From Deltaproteobacteria bacterium (GTDB taxonomy: Bacteria > Myxococcota > Myxococcia > Myxococcales > 40CM-4-68-19): 64,000 bases of DNA. The notes below the pieces were generated by a model. That model saw only the letters and a list, made by a program, of their open reading frames with translations, made no database searches and was not told where the DNA came from. Of the stretch, positions 53,353-61,851 are shown piece after piece. Both the position numbers and the translations under genes were made by a program. Where the stretch lies: the NCBI GenBank assembly GCA_043781235.1, contig JAYWBT010000114.1, positions 6,226-70,225 of the forward strand. Direction: 5' to 3'. The first letter of the stretch is position 1. The number at the start of each line of letters is the position of its first letter.

Positions 53353-54677
53353 GGGCCCCGGCGCTGCTGGCGGTCGTGCTTTGCGCCGCTGCCGCGCGCG
53401 CGGACGACTCGCGCTACCAGGACTTCCCGGTCGGCTCGCGCGCCACCGCGCTGGGCGGCTCCTTCGTCGCCTTGAGCGACGACCCCAGCGGCCTCTACTA
53501 CAACCCTGCCGGCATCTGCGACGCGCGCCGCATCAACGTGAACGTCTCCGCCAGCCTCTACGGCATCGAGCGGCAGAGCCAGGGCAAAATCGAGCTCGGC
53601 CGTGGGTCCTTCTCGCTCGCCACGCTCGACACGCTCAACGTCATCCCCGGCGAGGCGGGCCTGCTCAAGGGCGTGGGCAAGCTCGACGACCGCGGAACGC
53701 CCTTCGCGTACGGCTTCGACGTCACCGTGCCGGCGTTCCGATCGTACGGCTCGGACGCGACCACGCCCTTCGCGGTCCACACGCGGGTCAGCGACCGCAC
53801 CTTCGATCTGGGCGCGGGCGTCGGCGGGCGCGTCACCAACCAGCTCAACCTGGGGATCGCGTTCCATTACGTGCTGCGGCTCTTCGAGACCTCGGAGGAC
53901 GCGCTCTCGGTGCAGGGCAGCCCGGCGAATCCCGCGCTCGGCGTCTACCACGCGAACGCGTCGTTTCAGAACGCGAACCTGGTCGCGCTGCTCGGAGCGA
54001 AGTATCACCTGGGTGAGCAATGGGTCTTCGGGCTCTCGCTCGGCTGGCCCGGCATCCCGCTCTACTCGGCCGGCTCGGTGCACGTGCAGGACATCACCGC
54101 CGATCCATCCGGCCACACCTCGGCAACCCTCAGCGACACCACCAACGTGGACAGCCACACCACCGTGCCGGCGATGGCGCGCGCCGGCGCCGCCTGGATC
54201 GTGGCCCACCGCTGGACGCTGACCGGCCAGCTCACCGGCCACCTCGGGACCAGCTACGATCGCTTCAGCGTGGATCCCTCGATCGCGTCGCGGCTGCGCG
54301 TGCAGAACCACATCGAGCGGTCGCCGGTGGTCGATCTCAACCTCGGCGGCGAGTACCTGGTCAACTCCGATCTCTCGCTGGCGCTGGGCCTCTTCACCGA
54401 CCGCAGCGGCGCGCCCGACTTCCAGGTGAACGGCAACGGCGAGCTGGTGGCCCGCTCCAGCCGGCAGTCGCGCGTATCGCTCTACGGCGGCACGGCCACG
54501 GTGGGCCTGATCGGCATCCATGCCATCTCGCGGCTCGGCGTTTCGGTGGCTTACGGCGCGGGCGACGACGCGGTGCCGAACGATCCCACCGGTATCATCG
54601 ATGCGGAGACCTTCCGGCGCGTGAGGGTGCGGCAGCTGTTCCTCTACTTCTTCCTGGCCTCGACTTTTCGTTACTGA
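53349..54677 (+). CDS. FadL/OmpP1-like outer-membrane beta-barrel, translationally coupled to thiE
   Basis: Its GTG 53349 overlaps the thiE TGA (GTGA). The signal peptide is ALLAVVLCAAAARA. The N-terminal motif ALGGSFVALSDDPSGLYYNPAGI is shared with the barrel at 16979..18282. The C-terminal residues are FLASTFRY. Confidence 0.7.
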   Translation: MRAPALLAVVLCAAAARADDSRYQDFPVGSRATALGGSFVALSDDPSGLYYNPAGICDARRINVNVSASLYGIERQSQGKIELGRGSFSLATLDTLNVIPGEAGLLKGVGKLDDRGTPFAYGFDVTVPAFRSYGSDATTPFAVHTRVSDRTFDLGAGVGGRVTNQLNLGIAFHYVLRLFETSEDALSVQGSPANPALGVYHANASFQNANLVALLGAKYHLGEQWVFGLSLGWPGIPLYSAGSVHVQDITADPSGHTSATLSDTTNVDSHTTVPAMARAGAAWIVAHRWTLTGQLTGHLGTSYDRFSVDPSIASRLRVQNHIERSPVVDLNLGGEYLVNSDLSLALGLFTDRSGAPDFQVNGNGELVARSSRQSRVSLYGGTATVGLIGIHAISRLGVSVAYGAGDDAVPNDPTGIIDAETFRRVRVRQLFLYFFLASTFRY

Positions 54678-54693
54678 AAGTCGTTAGCGAAAA

Positions 54694-55497
54694 TTATCGA
54701 TTCGCGCCGACCTGCTCGAGGAAGGCGGCGGAGCGCAAGCGGTGGCCCAGGTGGTGCGCGACGAACTCTCCGAGCGGCCGCGCCGCCTGCGCCGCCGCGT
54801 CCTCGAACGCGCGCGCGTCGGCGGGCCGGCCCGAGCCGTCGGCGGACACCGGCGCGTCGGCGGCCGCAAGCCCGCCCCGCTGGAGCTGCTGGAGCGCGGC
54901 CCGCGCGGCGTGCGTGAGCAACAGCGCGGAGGGCTGCGCGCAGCGCGGGCAGACGATGCCGCCGGCGTCGGGGTCAAAGGCGGTGCGCCCGCTCGCGAGC
55001 GGATCGCCGCAGCGCGCGCAGGCCGAGAGCTCCGGCGCCAGCCCCGCGCACCGGAGCGCCCCGAGCTCGAAGGCGCGCAGTCGCGCCGAAGTGGCGCTCC
55101 CGCGCGAGAGCCGCGCGAGGAAGTCCAGCAGCAGCTCCAGGGTCGCATCGGCGGACTCGCCGGCGCGGGTCAGGTCGTGGGCGAGCTCGCAGGCGTAGCC
55201 GGCGTGAGCGATGCGCGACAGGTCTTCGCGCAATGCCGCGTGCGGCTCGACCACGCGCGCCTCGCGCAGCTGCGAGAGATCCTGGCCCGCGCGCTCGGCG
55301 AGCAGCACCTCGACCAGGTGGAACGGCTCGAGCGCGCCGCCGAACCGGCGCTGGCTGTTCCGCGCCCCGCGCGCGAACGCCGACACCCTCCCCTTGCCTC
55401 GCGCGAGCAGGTGCACCACCAGGTCCGAATCGCCATAGGCGATGGTCCGCAGCACCACCGCCTGCACCGCCTCCGCCCGCGTATCCACGCTGGCCAT
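54694..55497 (-). CDS. recO: DNA repair protein RecO
   Basis: An N-terminal OB fold (AVVLRTIAYGDSDLVVHLLARGKGRVSAFARGARNS) and a zinc motif (CARCG...CPRC). Confidence 0.88.
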   Translation of the reverse strand: MASVDTRAEAVQAVVLRTIAYGDSDLVVHLLARGKGRVSAFARGARNSQRRFGGALEPFHLVEVLLAERAGQDLSQLREARVVEPHAALREDLSRIAHAGYACELAHDLTRAGESADATLELLLDFLARLSRGSATSARLRAFELGALRCAGLAPELSACARCGDPLASGRTAFDPDAGGIVCPRCAQPSALLLTHAARAALQQLQRGGLAAADAPVSADGSGRPADARAFEDAAAQAARPLGEFVAHHLGHRLRSAAFLEQVGANR

Positions 55498-55507
55498 TCT
55501 AGCGGCT

Positions 55508-55885
55508 TTATCTTTTGAGCAGGAGGATGGTGCAGACGATCAGCGTCAGGGCGAGGATGGCCCAGACCAACGGCTCGCGAGGGAGGAAGAAGCGCTTTGG
55601 CCGCGCGGGATGGGCGGCGGGGCCGAGCTCTTCTTCGAGGCGCAGCGCCGTGTCCTCCGGGTCGAGCCCGATGGCCGCGGCGCACGCCCGCGCCACCAGC
55701 AGCGCGTGCGCGCGGTCCTGCAGCGCCGCGAAGTCGTCCGCCTCGAGCGCGGCAACGATGCGCTCCGGCAGCCGCGTCACCGTCGCGACCTCGGAGAGCT
55801 TCAGCCCGCGCAGCTCCCGGTTCCTTTTCAGCCACGCGCCGAAGGTGTTCAGGGCGTCCCCAGCTCCTTGAGGAGCCTCGCGCAC
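55508..55885 (-). CDS. RodZ-like HTH (HTH_25) membrane protein, short form
   Basis: FGAWLKRNRELRGLKLSEVATVTRLPERIVAALEADDF, plus a C-terminal TM helix LVWAILALTLIVCTILLL. The start is uncertain (GTG 55885 or ATG 55930). It lies downstream of a PilF/PilW-like TPR gene, as in the known pilW-rodZ synteny. Confidence 0.65.
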   Translation of the reverse strand: MREAPQGAGDALNTFGAWLKRNRELRGLKLSEVATVTRLPERIVAALEADDFAALQDRAHALLVARACAAAIGLDPEDTALRLEEELGPAAHPARPKRFFLPREPLVWAILALTLIVCTILLLKR

Positions 55886-57051
55886 TCCGCCGCCACCGGC
55901 TTGTCTCGATCGGTCCGGGCGACCGCGCACTGCCGGAGCTCCGCCTGCGCGTCCTGCGCGCGCGAGAGCCGCACCAGCAGCTTCCCGCTCTGCAGATGAG
56001 CGTCGGCCACCTCGGGGCAGGACTCGGCGTAGCGCCCGAAGGCGGCGCGCGCTTCCTCGAGCTGGTTCTGCTCGGCGTGGATGGTGCCGAGCTGCCGCCA
56101 GCCGATGCAGAACTTGGGCGCGATGGCGAGCGCGCCCTTGAGCTCGCGGATGCCCCGCTCGGCCGCCCCGTTCTTGTAGAGCGCCCAGCCCAGGTCGGTC
56201 TGCGCGATGACGCGGTCCTTGTAGAGGGGATCCGCCGCCGACTTCTCCAGCAGCGGGATCGCCTCGGCGAAGCGCCCGCGCGAAATGTAGAGCGCGCCCA
56301 GGTTGGTGCGCGCTTCGCTGAAGTCGGGCTTGAGCTGGAGCGCCTGCAGGAACTCCTTCTGCGCCTCGTCGGGCCGGCCGAAGGAGTACGCGTAGATGAG
56401 GCCGAGGCCGTTGTGCGTGTCGGGCAGCTCGGGATCGTTGTCGACGGCTTCGCGGTATTCCTTCAGCGCGCCCTGCGCGTCCCCGGCGTTGAGCAGGTTG
56501 GTGCCGAGGTCGTAGTGGATCTCGGCCGCCTTGGCGCGCTGCTCGGACGACATGCCGGTGCAGGCCGTGATCGAAATCGATAACGCAAATGCAAACGCGG
56601 CGAAGAGCCGCGCCACCGCGCTCATCGGGTCGCCAGGCTTCTGGCGCTCGACCGGCGGCGCCACCGCGCGCGCCTCCGCCGGGCGGAACGCAGGCAGCCG
56701 GTTCACCAGCTCCTTGCGGTGGCCGTCGTCCAGATTGGACCAGCCGGTCGAGTCCAGCATGAAGCCCATGCTCTCGGCGAAATCGAGCGCGCTCTCGATC
56801 CCGTGCGGCAGCTCGCTCTCGCTCTGCGGCGCCTCGAGCGCGTAGACCACGTTCTCGCCCGTCTGCGTGAGCGTCAGCGCCACCAGGACCTCGTAGCCAG
56901 CCGCGCCGGTCAGTCCGACGACGACCGCCTGCGCGGCCTGCGCGGTGCGGCCGGCGGGCTGCACCGAAGGCAGGTTGACGGACTCGTAGAGCGCGACGAT
57001 GCGATCGGGCTCGGGGGAAACATGGGTGCGCCGTGGATCTTCTCGCAGCAT
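55849..57051 (-). CDS. PilF/PilW/Tgl-like TPR lipoprotein carrying a ~150-aa N-terminal extension (internal lipobox)
   Basis: The C-terminal 250 aa consist of a lipoprotein signal (MSAVARLFAAFAFALSISITAC) plus 5-6 TPRs. There is no stop between this and an upstream GC3-rich 150-codon segment starting at ATG 57051, which overlaps the upstream stop (TGATG). Confidence 0.65.
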   Translation of the reverse strand: MLREDPRRTHVSPEPDRIVALYESVNLPSVQPAGRTAQAAQAVVVGLTGAAGYEVLVALTLTQTGENVVYALEAPQSESELPHGIESALDFAESMGFMLDSTGWSNLDDGHRKELVNRLPAFRPAEARAVAPPVERQKPGDPMSAVARLFAAFAFALSISITACTGMSSEQRAKAAEIHYDLGTNLLNAGDAQGALKEYREAVDNDPELPDTHNGLGLIYAYSFGRPDEAQKEFLQALQLKPDFSEARTNLGALYISRGRFAEAIPLLEKSAADPLYKDRVIAQTDLGWALYKNGAAERGIRELKGALAIAPKFCIGWRQLGTIHAEQNQLEEARAAFGRYAESCPEVADAHLQSGKLLVRLSRAQDAQAELRQCAVARTDRDKPVAAECARLLKELGTP

Positions 57052-57611
57052 CACCGCCCCTGGAGGGTGAACTCCTCGTTCACGTTGTCGGTCTCCGCCG
57101 CCGTGCGCTTGCACTCAAGCAGCGGGTTGTCGATCAGCACGTTGCTGCCGCCCGCCTCGCCCTCGCCGATGATCACCTTGAGGTAGGCGCCGGCCGACGC
57201 GCTCTTGCGCCCCGTCTCGACGTGCTTGGTGGCGGCGAAGAGGACCTTGTTCGGGCCCGGCACCAGGTACTTGGTGACCTCGAGGATGATCTGCTCCTCG
57301 CCGGCCTTCACCTTGCGAATCCACTTGGAGTTGATGAAGACGTCGAGATCGTACTGCGCCGCACCCGCCTCGGTCTGCTCGGTCACCAGCCAGTAGTGCT
57401 TGCTGATGGCGGTGGGCACCAGCGACGACTGCGCCACCGGGATCGACGGGGCCGCGGCCGGCGCCTCGACCTGGTAGCCGGGGCACTCGAGGTAGACGTC
57501 GCCCTTGTCGTCGATGCGGACAGTTTTGCACTTCTCGAAGCTTTGCCCGCGCAGGCCGTCGACGTTGACGCCGTTCAGGAAGACGGATGCGATCAGCAGA
57601 GGCAGCATCAT
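57051..57611 (-). CDS. Secreted protein (186 aa), unknown function
   Basis: Hydrophobic N-terminus MMLPLLIASVFLNG, somewhat lower GC, and a beta-rich pattern. No family recognised. Confidence 0.55.
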   Translation of the reverse strand: MMLPLLIASVFLNGVNVDGLRGQSFEKCKTVRIDDKGDVYLECPGYQVEAPAAAPSIPVAQSSLVPTAISKHYWLVTEQTEAGAAQYDLDVFINSKWIRKVKAGEEQIILEVTKYLVPGPNKVLFAATKHVETGRKSASAGAYLKVIIGEGEAGGSNVLIDNPLLECKRTAAETDNVNEEFTLQGR

Positions 57612-57639
57612 CGAAGCGTCGTCCGAAAGAGCAGTACGG

Positions 57640-58464
57640 TCAAGGTTTTCCGAAGCTGACCGCGGCGTAGGCGCTGTGCGCGTGGATGCTCTCGAAGCTC
57701 TCGGCCGCGACGGTCCAGCGGGTGAAGTTCTTGTCGGCCTTGAGCCGCGTGCCCGCTTCGCGCACCAGATCCTCGACGAAGCGGGGCCGCTCCCAGGCGC
57801 GCTCGGTGACGAACTTCTCGTCGGGGCGCTTGAGCAGCGAGTAGAGCTCGCACGAAGCGGAGTCCTCGACCAGCGCGATCAGGTCCTCGAGCCAGAAGAA
57901 CTTCCGGAACCAGACCCGCACCGAGATGAGCGAACGCTGGTTGTGCGCGCCGTGCTTGCTGATGGCCTTCGAGCAGGGACAGAGGCTGGTCACCGGCACC
58001 TCCACCGCCACCCAGAGATCCGAGGCGCCCTTCTCGAACACGCTCGCGCCGTAGGTACAGGAGTAGTCCACCAGGCCGACCGCCCGCGAGACCGGCGCCG
58101 CCTTCTCGATGAAGTAGGGAAACTTCACCTCCACGTGCGCGGCGCGGGCGTCGAGCTCGACGCGCAGCTCGCCCGCGAGCGCGCGAAACTTGCGGATGTC
58201 GATCTCGCCCCGGTGCCGGTTGAGCAGCTCGACGAAGCGGCTCATGTGCGCGCCCTTCCGCTTGTGCGGCAGCGAGACGCTCATGTCGATCTCGGCGATG
58301 GTGTGCTGCTGGCCGCGCGCCCGATCGAGCACGCAGATGGGGTAGCGCAGGCCCTTCACGCCCGCGCGGTCGAGCGCCATCTTGCGCTCGTCGCGCTCGG
58401 CGTGGACGTCGCGGAGCGGCGGCTCGTCGGTCCCGTCAGGGGCTCGGGCGAGGCTGCGCCTCAT
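57640..58464 (-). CDS. folE2: GTP cyclohydrolase FolE2/MptA (type IB)
   Basis: GVKGLRYPI, KGAHMSRF, and SLCPCSK...GAHNQRS motifs of the DUF198/FolE2 family are present. Confidence 0.88.
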   Translation of the reverse strand: MRRSLARAPDGTDEPPLRDVHAERDERKMALDRAGVKGLRYPICVLDRARGQQHTIAEIDMSVSLPHKRKGAHMSRFVELLNRHRGEIDIRKFRALAGELRVELDARAAHVEVKFPYFIEKAAPVSRAVGLVDYSCTYGASVFEKGASDLWVAVEVPVTSLCPCSKAISKHGAHNQRSLISVRVWFRKFFWLEDLIALVEDSASCELYSLLKRPDEKFVTERAWERPRFVEDLVREAGTRLKADKNFTRWTVAAESFESIHAHSAYAAVSFGKP

Positions 58465-59366
58465 CGCAGGTCCAGCTCGCCGCGCAGCACCGTGGTGGCG
58501 CGGCCACCGATCCAGGCGCGCACGTCGCCGGGCTGCGCCTCGGGACGCAGCTCGACCTCGACGCGGCCGGGCCGCGACATCTCGTCGCCTTGGGAAAACA
58601 CCAACCTGCGCGGCAGCTGCTCGGGCAGCAGGTCTTGCAGCAGAAGTCCGAGCTGGCCCGCCGCCATGCCAGTGACCGGATCCTCGAGGATCCCCTGCGC
58701 AGGGAAGAAGCAGCGCAGCGCCGCATCGATCCCCTTTGCCGGGCTGGCCACGAAGACGCAGAAGCCGAAGACACCGAGCGCCTTGCCGGCCTCGATCAGC
58801 GCGGGGCCGTCGGGGCGGATGCGCGCGAGCGCCTCGCGATCGCGCACCGCCAGCCAGAGGTTGCTCTCGGCGCTCACGCTCCTCCGCGGCGCGAGCGCAG
58901 GGTCGAGCACCTCGGGCACCAGACCCAGAGCCGCGAGCACGGTGGCGTCCACCGGCTGCGGCTCGAAGGCGCAGCGCGGGGTCTCGATCAGAATCCGCAG
59001 CCCGCCTTGCTCCTCGCGCGACAGCTCCGCGCGCAGCTTGCCCGCCTTGCAGGTGAAGGTTAGGTGCGTGGTCTTGCCCTGGTGCACCCGCAGGCGCTGC
59101 GCCTCCTCGACCATCACGTGCAGCGCGGCGAGCGTGGCGTGGCCGCAGAAGGCCACCTCCACGGTGGGCGTGAACCAGCGCAGGTGCAGCTGCGCGGTCG
59201 GCTCGCGCGCGGGAAGCGGGAAGGCGGTCTCGCTGTGCTTGAGCTCGGCGGCGATCCGCCGCATCTGGTCGGAGCCCAGGTCGGCGCCGTCGAGCACCAC
59301 GCCCGCGGCATTGCCAGCGAGCGGCTTCGAGCTAAACGAATCCACCACGTAGCAAGGCTTGCGCAT
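58461..59366 (-). CDS. PhzF-family isomerase-like protein
   Basis: MRKPCYVVDSFSSKPLAGNAAGVVL...IAAELKHSETAF (PhzF N-terminal signature with the catalytic Glu context). 301 aa. Confidence 0.82.
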   Translation of the reverse strand: MRKPCYVVDSFSSKPLAGNAAGVVLDGADLGSDQMRRIAAELKHSETAFPLPAREPTAQLHLRWFTPTVEVAFCGHATLAALHVMVEEAQRLRVHQGKTTHLTFTCKAGKLRAELSREEQGGLRILIETPRCAFEPQPVDATVLAALGLVPEVLDPALAPRRSVSAESNLWLAVRDREALARIRPDGPALIEAGKALGVFGFCVFVASPAKGIDAALRCFFPAQGILEDPVTGMAAGQLGLLLQDLLPEQLPRRLVFSQGDEMSRPGRVEVELRPEAQPGDVRAWIGGRATTVLRGELDLR

Positions 59367-59999
59367 CTACACTCCGCGCGCGGACGCGCCCCAGATGAGC
59401 TTGTGAAGCTGGAGCTGCAGCCGCGCCGGCTTGCCGCTGTCGAGCAGCCAGCGCGCGAGATCGCCGGGCTCGACCTGCCCCGACGACGGCGAGAAGAGCA
59501 CCGGCACCTTGGTCCAGAGCCCGAGCTCATCGATGACCCGCACCGCCCAGCGGAAGTCGGCCTCATCGCAGACGACCACTTTCAGCTCGTCGCCCGGCTG
59601 CAATTTCGATAATTCAGTCAAGTCCGTGTGCGGCTCGCGCGAGCCCGGGGTTTTCAAATCGACGATCTTGTGAACCCCGCGCGGGACGTGGGTCAGCGGG
59701 CGCTGGCCGTGCGTTTCGATAGAAACTTCGTAGCCGCGATCCAGCAGCTCCTGCGCCAGCTCAGGTAACTCTTTTTGCAAAAGCGGTTCCCCGCCGGTGA
59801 GGCAGACGAATTTCGCCGGGTGCTTCTGAACCTCAGCCAGGATCGCCTCGCGGCTCATCTGCTTGCCGCCGTAAAAGGCGTACTCGGTGTCGCAGTACTG
59901 ACAGCGCAGGTCGCAGCCGGTGAATCGCACGAACACGCAGGGCTTGCCCGCGTGGGTGGATTCGCCCTGGATGCTGAAGAAGATCTCGGTGACGCGCAC
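59367..59999 (-). CDS. queE: 7-carboxy-7-deazaguanine synthase (radical SAM)
   Basis: EIFFSIQGESTHAGKPCVFVRFTGCDLRCQYCDT (CX3CX2C with the QueE context). 210 aa. Confidence 0.9.
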   Translation of the reverse strand: MRVTEIFFSIQGESTHAGKPCVFVRFTGCDLRCQYCDTEYAFYGGKQMSREAILAEVQKHPAKFVCLTGGEPLLQKELPELAQELLDRGYEVSIETHGQRPLTHVPRGVHKIVDLKTPGSREPHTDLTELSKLQPGDELKVVVCDEADFRWAVRVIDELGLWTKVPVLFSPSSGQVEPGDLARWLLDSGKPARLQLQLHKLIWGASARGV

Positions 60000-60030
60000 G
60001 CGCGGGTTCTAGTCGCCCAGGCGCTCGACA

Positions 60031-61809
60031 TCAAGGCCACTGTGCGGAGAGCCAGCGCTCGCGAAGCGACTTCTGCGCCGGCGTCGCCTGCGGATCCGGC
60101 GCGAGCGTGACCGTGTCGCGCGGCGCGGCCGCGAGCTGGACCTGCGTCTCGAAGAGCTCGTCCATGCGGAACAGCGACAGCCGCACCGCCTGCGCGGGCG
60201 CGGCGCGGGCGAGGCGCTGCCTGAGCTCGCCGCGGAAGCCGTCTGCCGCGACGATCTCGTCGCCGGCCGCGACGCCTCCGAGCTGCGCCGGCGACCCCTC
60301 GATCACCGAGGCGACCTCGAGCACGCCGCTCTTCTCGCGCAGCTGCGCGCCCAGCCACGATCGCGGCTGCGCGGCAGGCGGCGTCAGCTCCTTCTCCACG
60401 CTGCCCTTGTCATCGGCGCCCTCCGCCGGCAGCAGCACGGCCTGCATCCCCACGCCCGAAAGCGCCGCCTCGAGCTCCAGCTCTTCGGTCGATCGGATGG
60501 CGCGCTCGAACCAGGCATGCAGGCTCGCGTCGCCGCCGAGCAGCTCGATGGCCGCGCGCTCGACGCCGCCTTCGGGAAGCCCCGGCGCCGTGCCGTGCTG
60601 CTCGAACAGCGCCTTGACCAGGTCGTCGAGTGAGCGCGTCCCTTCGCTGCGCCGCCGCAGCTCCAGGTCGAGCAGAAAGCCGACCACGCTGCCCTTGAGG
60701 TAGTAGCTGACGGTGGTGTTCGCGGTGCTCTCGTCGGGCCGGTAGTGCTTGATCCAGGCGTCGTACGAGGCCTGCGCGAGCGAAGTGCGCAGCCGGCCCG
60801 GCGTGCGGAGCAGCTGCGTCACCCGCTCGGCCCAGATCTCGAGGAAGCGCTGCGGAGTGATCAGCCCCGCGCGCCGCAGCGCCATCACTTCGTAGGTGCT
60901 GGTCAAACCCTCCATCGCCCAGAGCAGCCGCGTATGGTTCTCGCGGCCCCAGTCGTAAGGCGTGAACGCAGCGGGGCGCAGGCGCTTGACGTTCCAGAGG
61001 TGGAAGAACTCGTGCGCGACCAGGAGCAGGAAGTCCTCGTACGCCAGCCGCTGCACGAAGGAGAAGCGCGGCACCAGGAGCGCGCAGGAGCGGCGGTGCT
61101 CGAGGCCGCCCCGGCCGCGATCGTTGAGGTGCAGGATGAAGAGGTACGGGTCACCGTAGGGCAGGCCTCCGAAGATGGCCGCCTCGGCGTCGATTATTTT
61201 GACGATGTCGGGGACGACGCGGCGGGCGTCGAAGTCGCCGCGGCCCCAGACGACCAGCTCGTGCTCGACGCCGTGGGCCTGGAACCTGTGCGCGCTGTGC
61301 GAGCCCTCGGTGCCGAGCTCGAACGGGCTGTCGGCGAGCTCATCGTAGTCGTGCGCGCGGAAAGTCCCGCTCTCCCGCGGCAGCGCCACCCACGCGCGCC
61401 AGCCGGGCCGCAGCTCGAGGCGGACGGTGCACGGCTCGCCCTCGCGGCCGACCACGAAAGCGCAGGCGGCGCTCGGGTTCAGGAAGGCGTGCGTCGCGTC
61501 GACGTGATTGGTGCGGACGGTCAGCTCGAAGCAGTGCAGGCGGTAGCCGATGGTCACGCGCTCGGCGCCGCCGGTGGCGATCCGCCAGGTGCTCTTGTCG
61601 ATCTTCTCGACCAGGAGCGCGCGGCCCTGCGAATCCTGGGCGCCGAGGCCGTCGATGTGGCGCTGGTGCTCGCGCACCAGGTAGCTTCCGGGCGTCCACA
61701 CCGGCATGCGCACGTCGAGCTCGCGCTGGCCGCGGGCATCCACGGCGATCTCGACCTCGATCCGGCGAGCCTCGGGCTGGGGGATGCGGAGGATGTAGGA
61801 GGTGGACAT
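60031..61809 (-). CDS. M61 family glycyl aminopeptidase with a C-terminal PDZ domain
   Basis: The HEFFHLWN zinc motif and the PDZ segment LEVASVIEGSPAQLGGVAAGDEIVAADG are present. The size is typical of M61. Confidence 0.85.
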   Translation of the reverse strand: MSTSYILRIPQPEARRIEVEIAVDARGQRELDVRMPVWTPGSYLVREHQRHIDGLGAQDSQGRALLVEKIDKSTWRIATGGAERVTIGYRLHCFELTVRTNHVDATHAFLNPSAACAFVVGREGEPCTVRLELRPGWRAWVALPRESGTFRAHDYDELADSPFELGTEGSHSAHRFQAHGVEHELVVWGRGDFDARRVVPDIVKIIDAEAAIFGGLPYGDPYLFILHLNDRGRGGLEHRRSCALLVPRFSFVQRLAYEDFLLLVAHEFFHLWNVKRLRPAAFTPYDWGRENHTRLLWAMEGLTSTYEVMALRRAGLITPQRFLEIWAERVTQLLRTPGRLRTSLAQASYDAWIKHYRPDESTANTTVSYYLKGSVVGFLLDLELRRRSEGTRSLDDLVKALFEQHGTAPGLPEGGVERAAIELLGGDASLHAWFERAIRSTEELELEAALSGVGMQAVLLPAEGADDKGSVEKELTPPAAQPRSWLGAQLREKSGVLEVASVIEGSPAQLGGVAAGDEIVAADGFRGELRQRLARAAPAQAVRLSLFRMDELFETQVQLAAAPRDTVTLAPDPQATPAQKSLRERWLSAQWP

Positions 61810-61851
61810 GCGGCGGCGGACTCTATGCCAGCGCGCGATGCCGCGCCTCTA

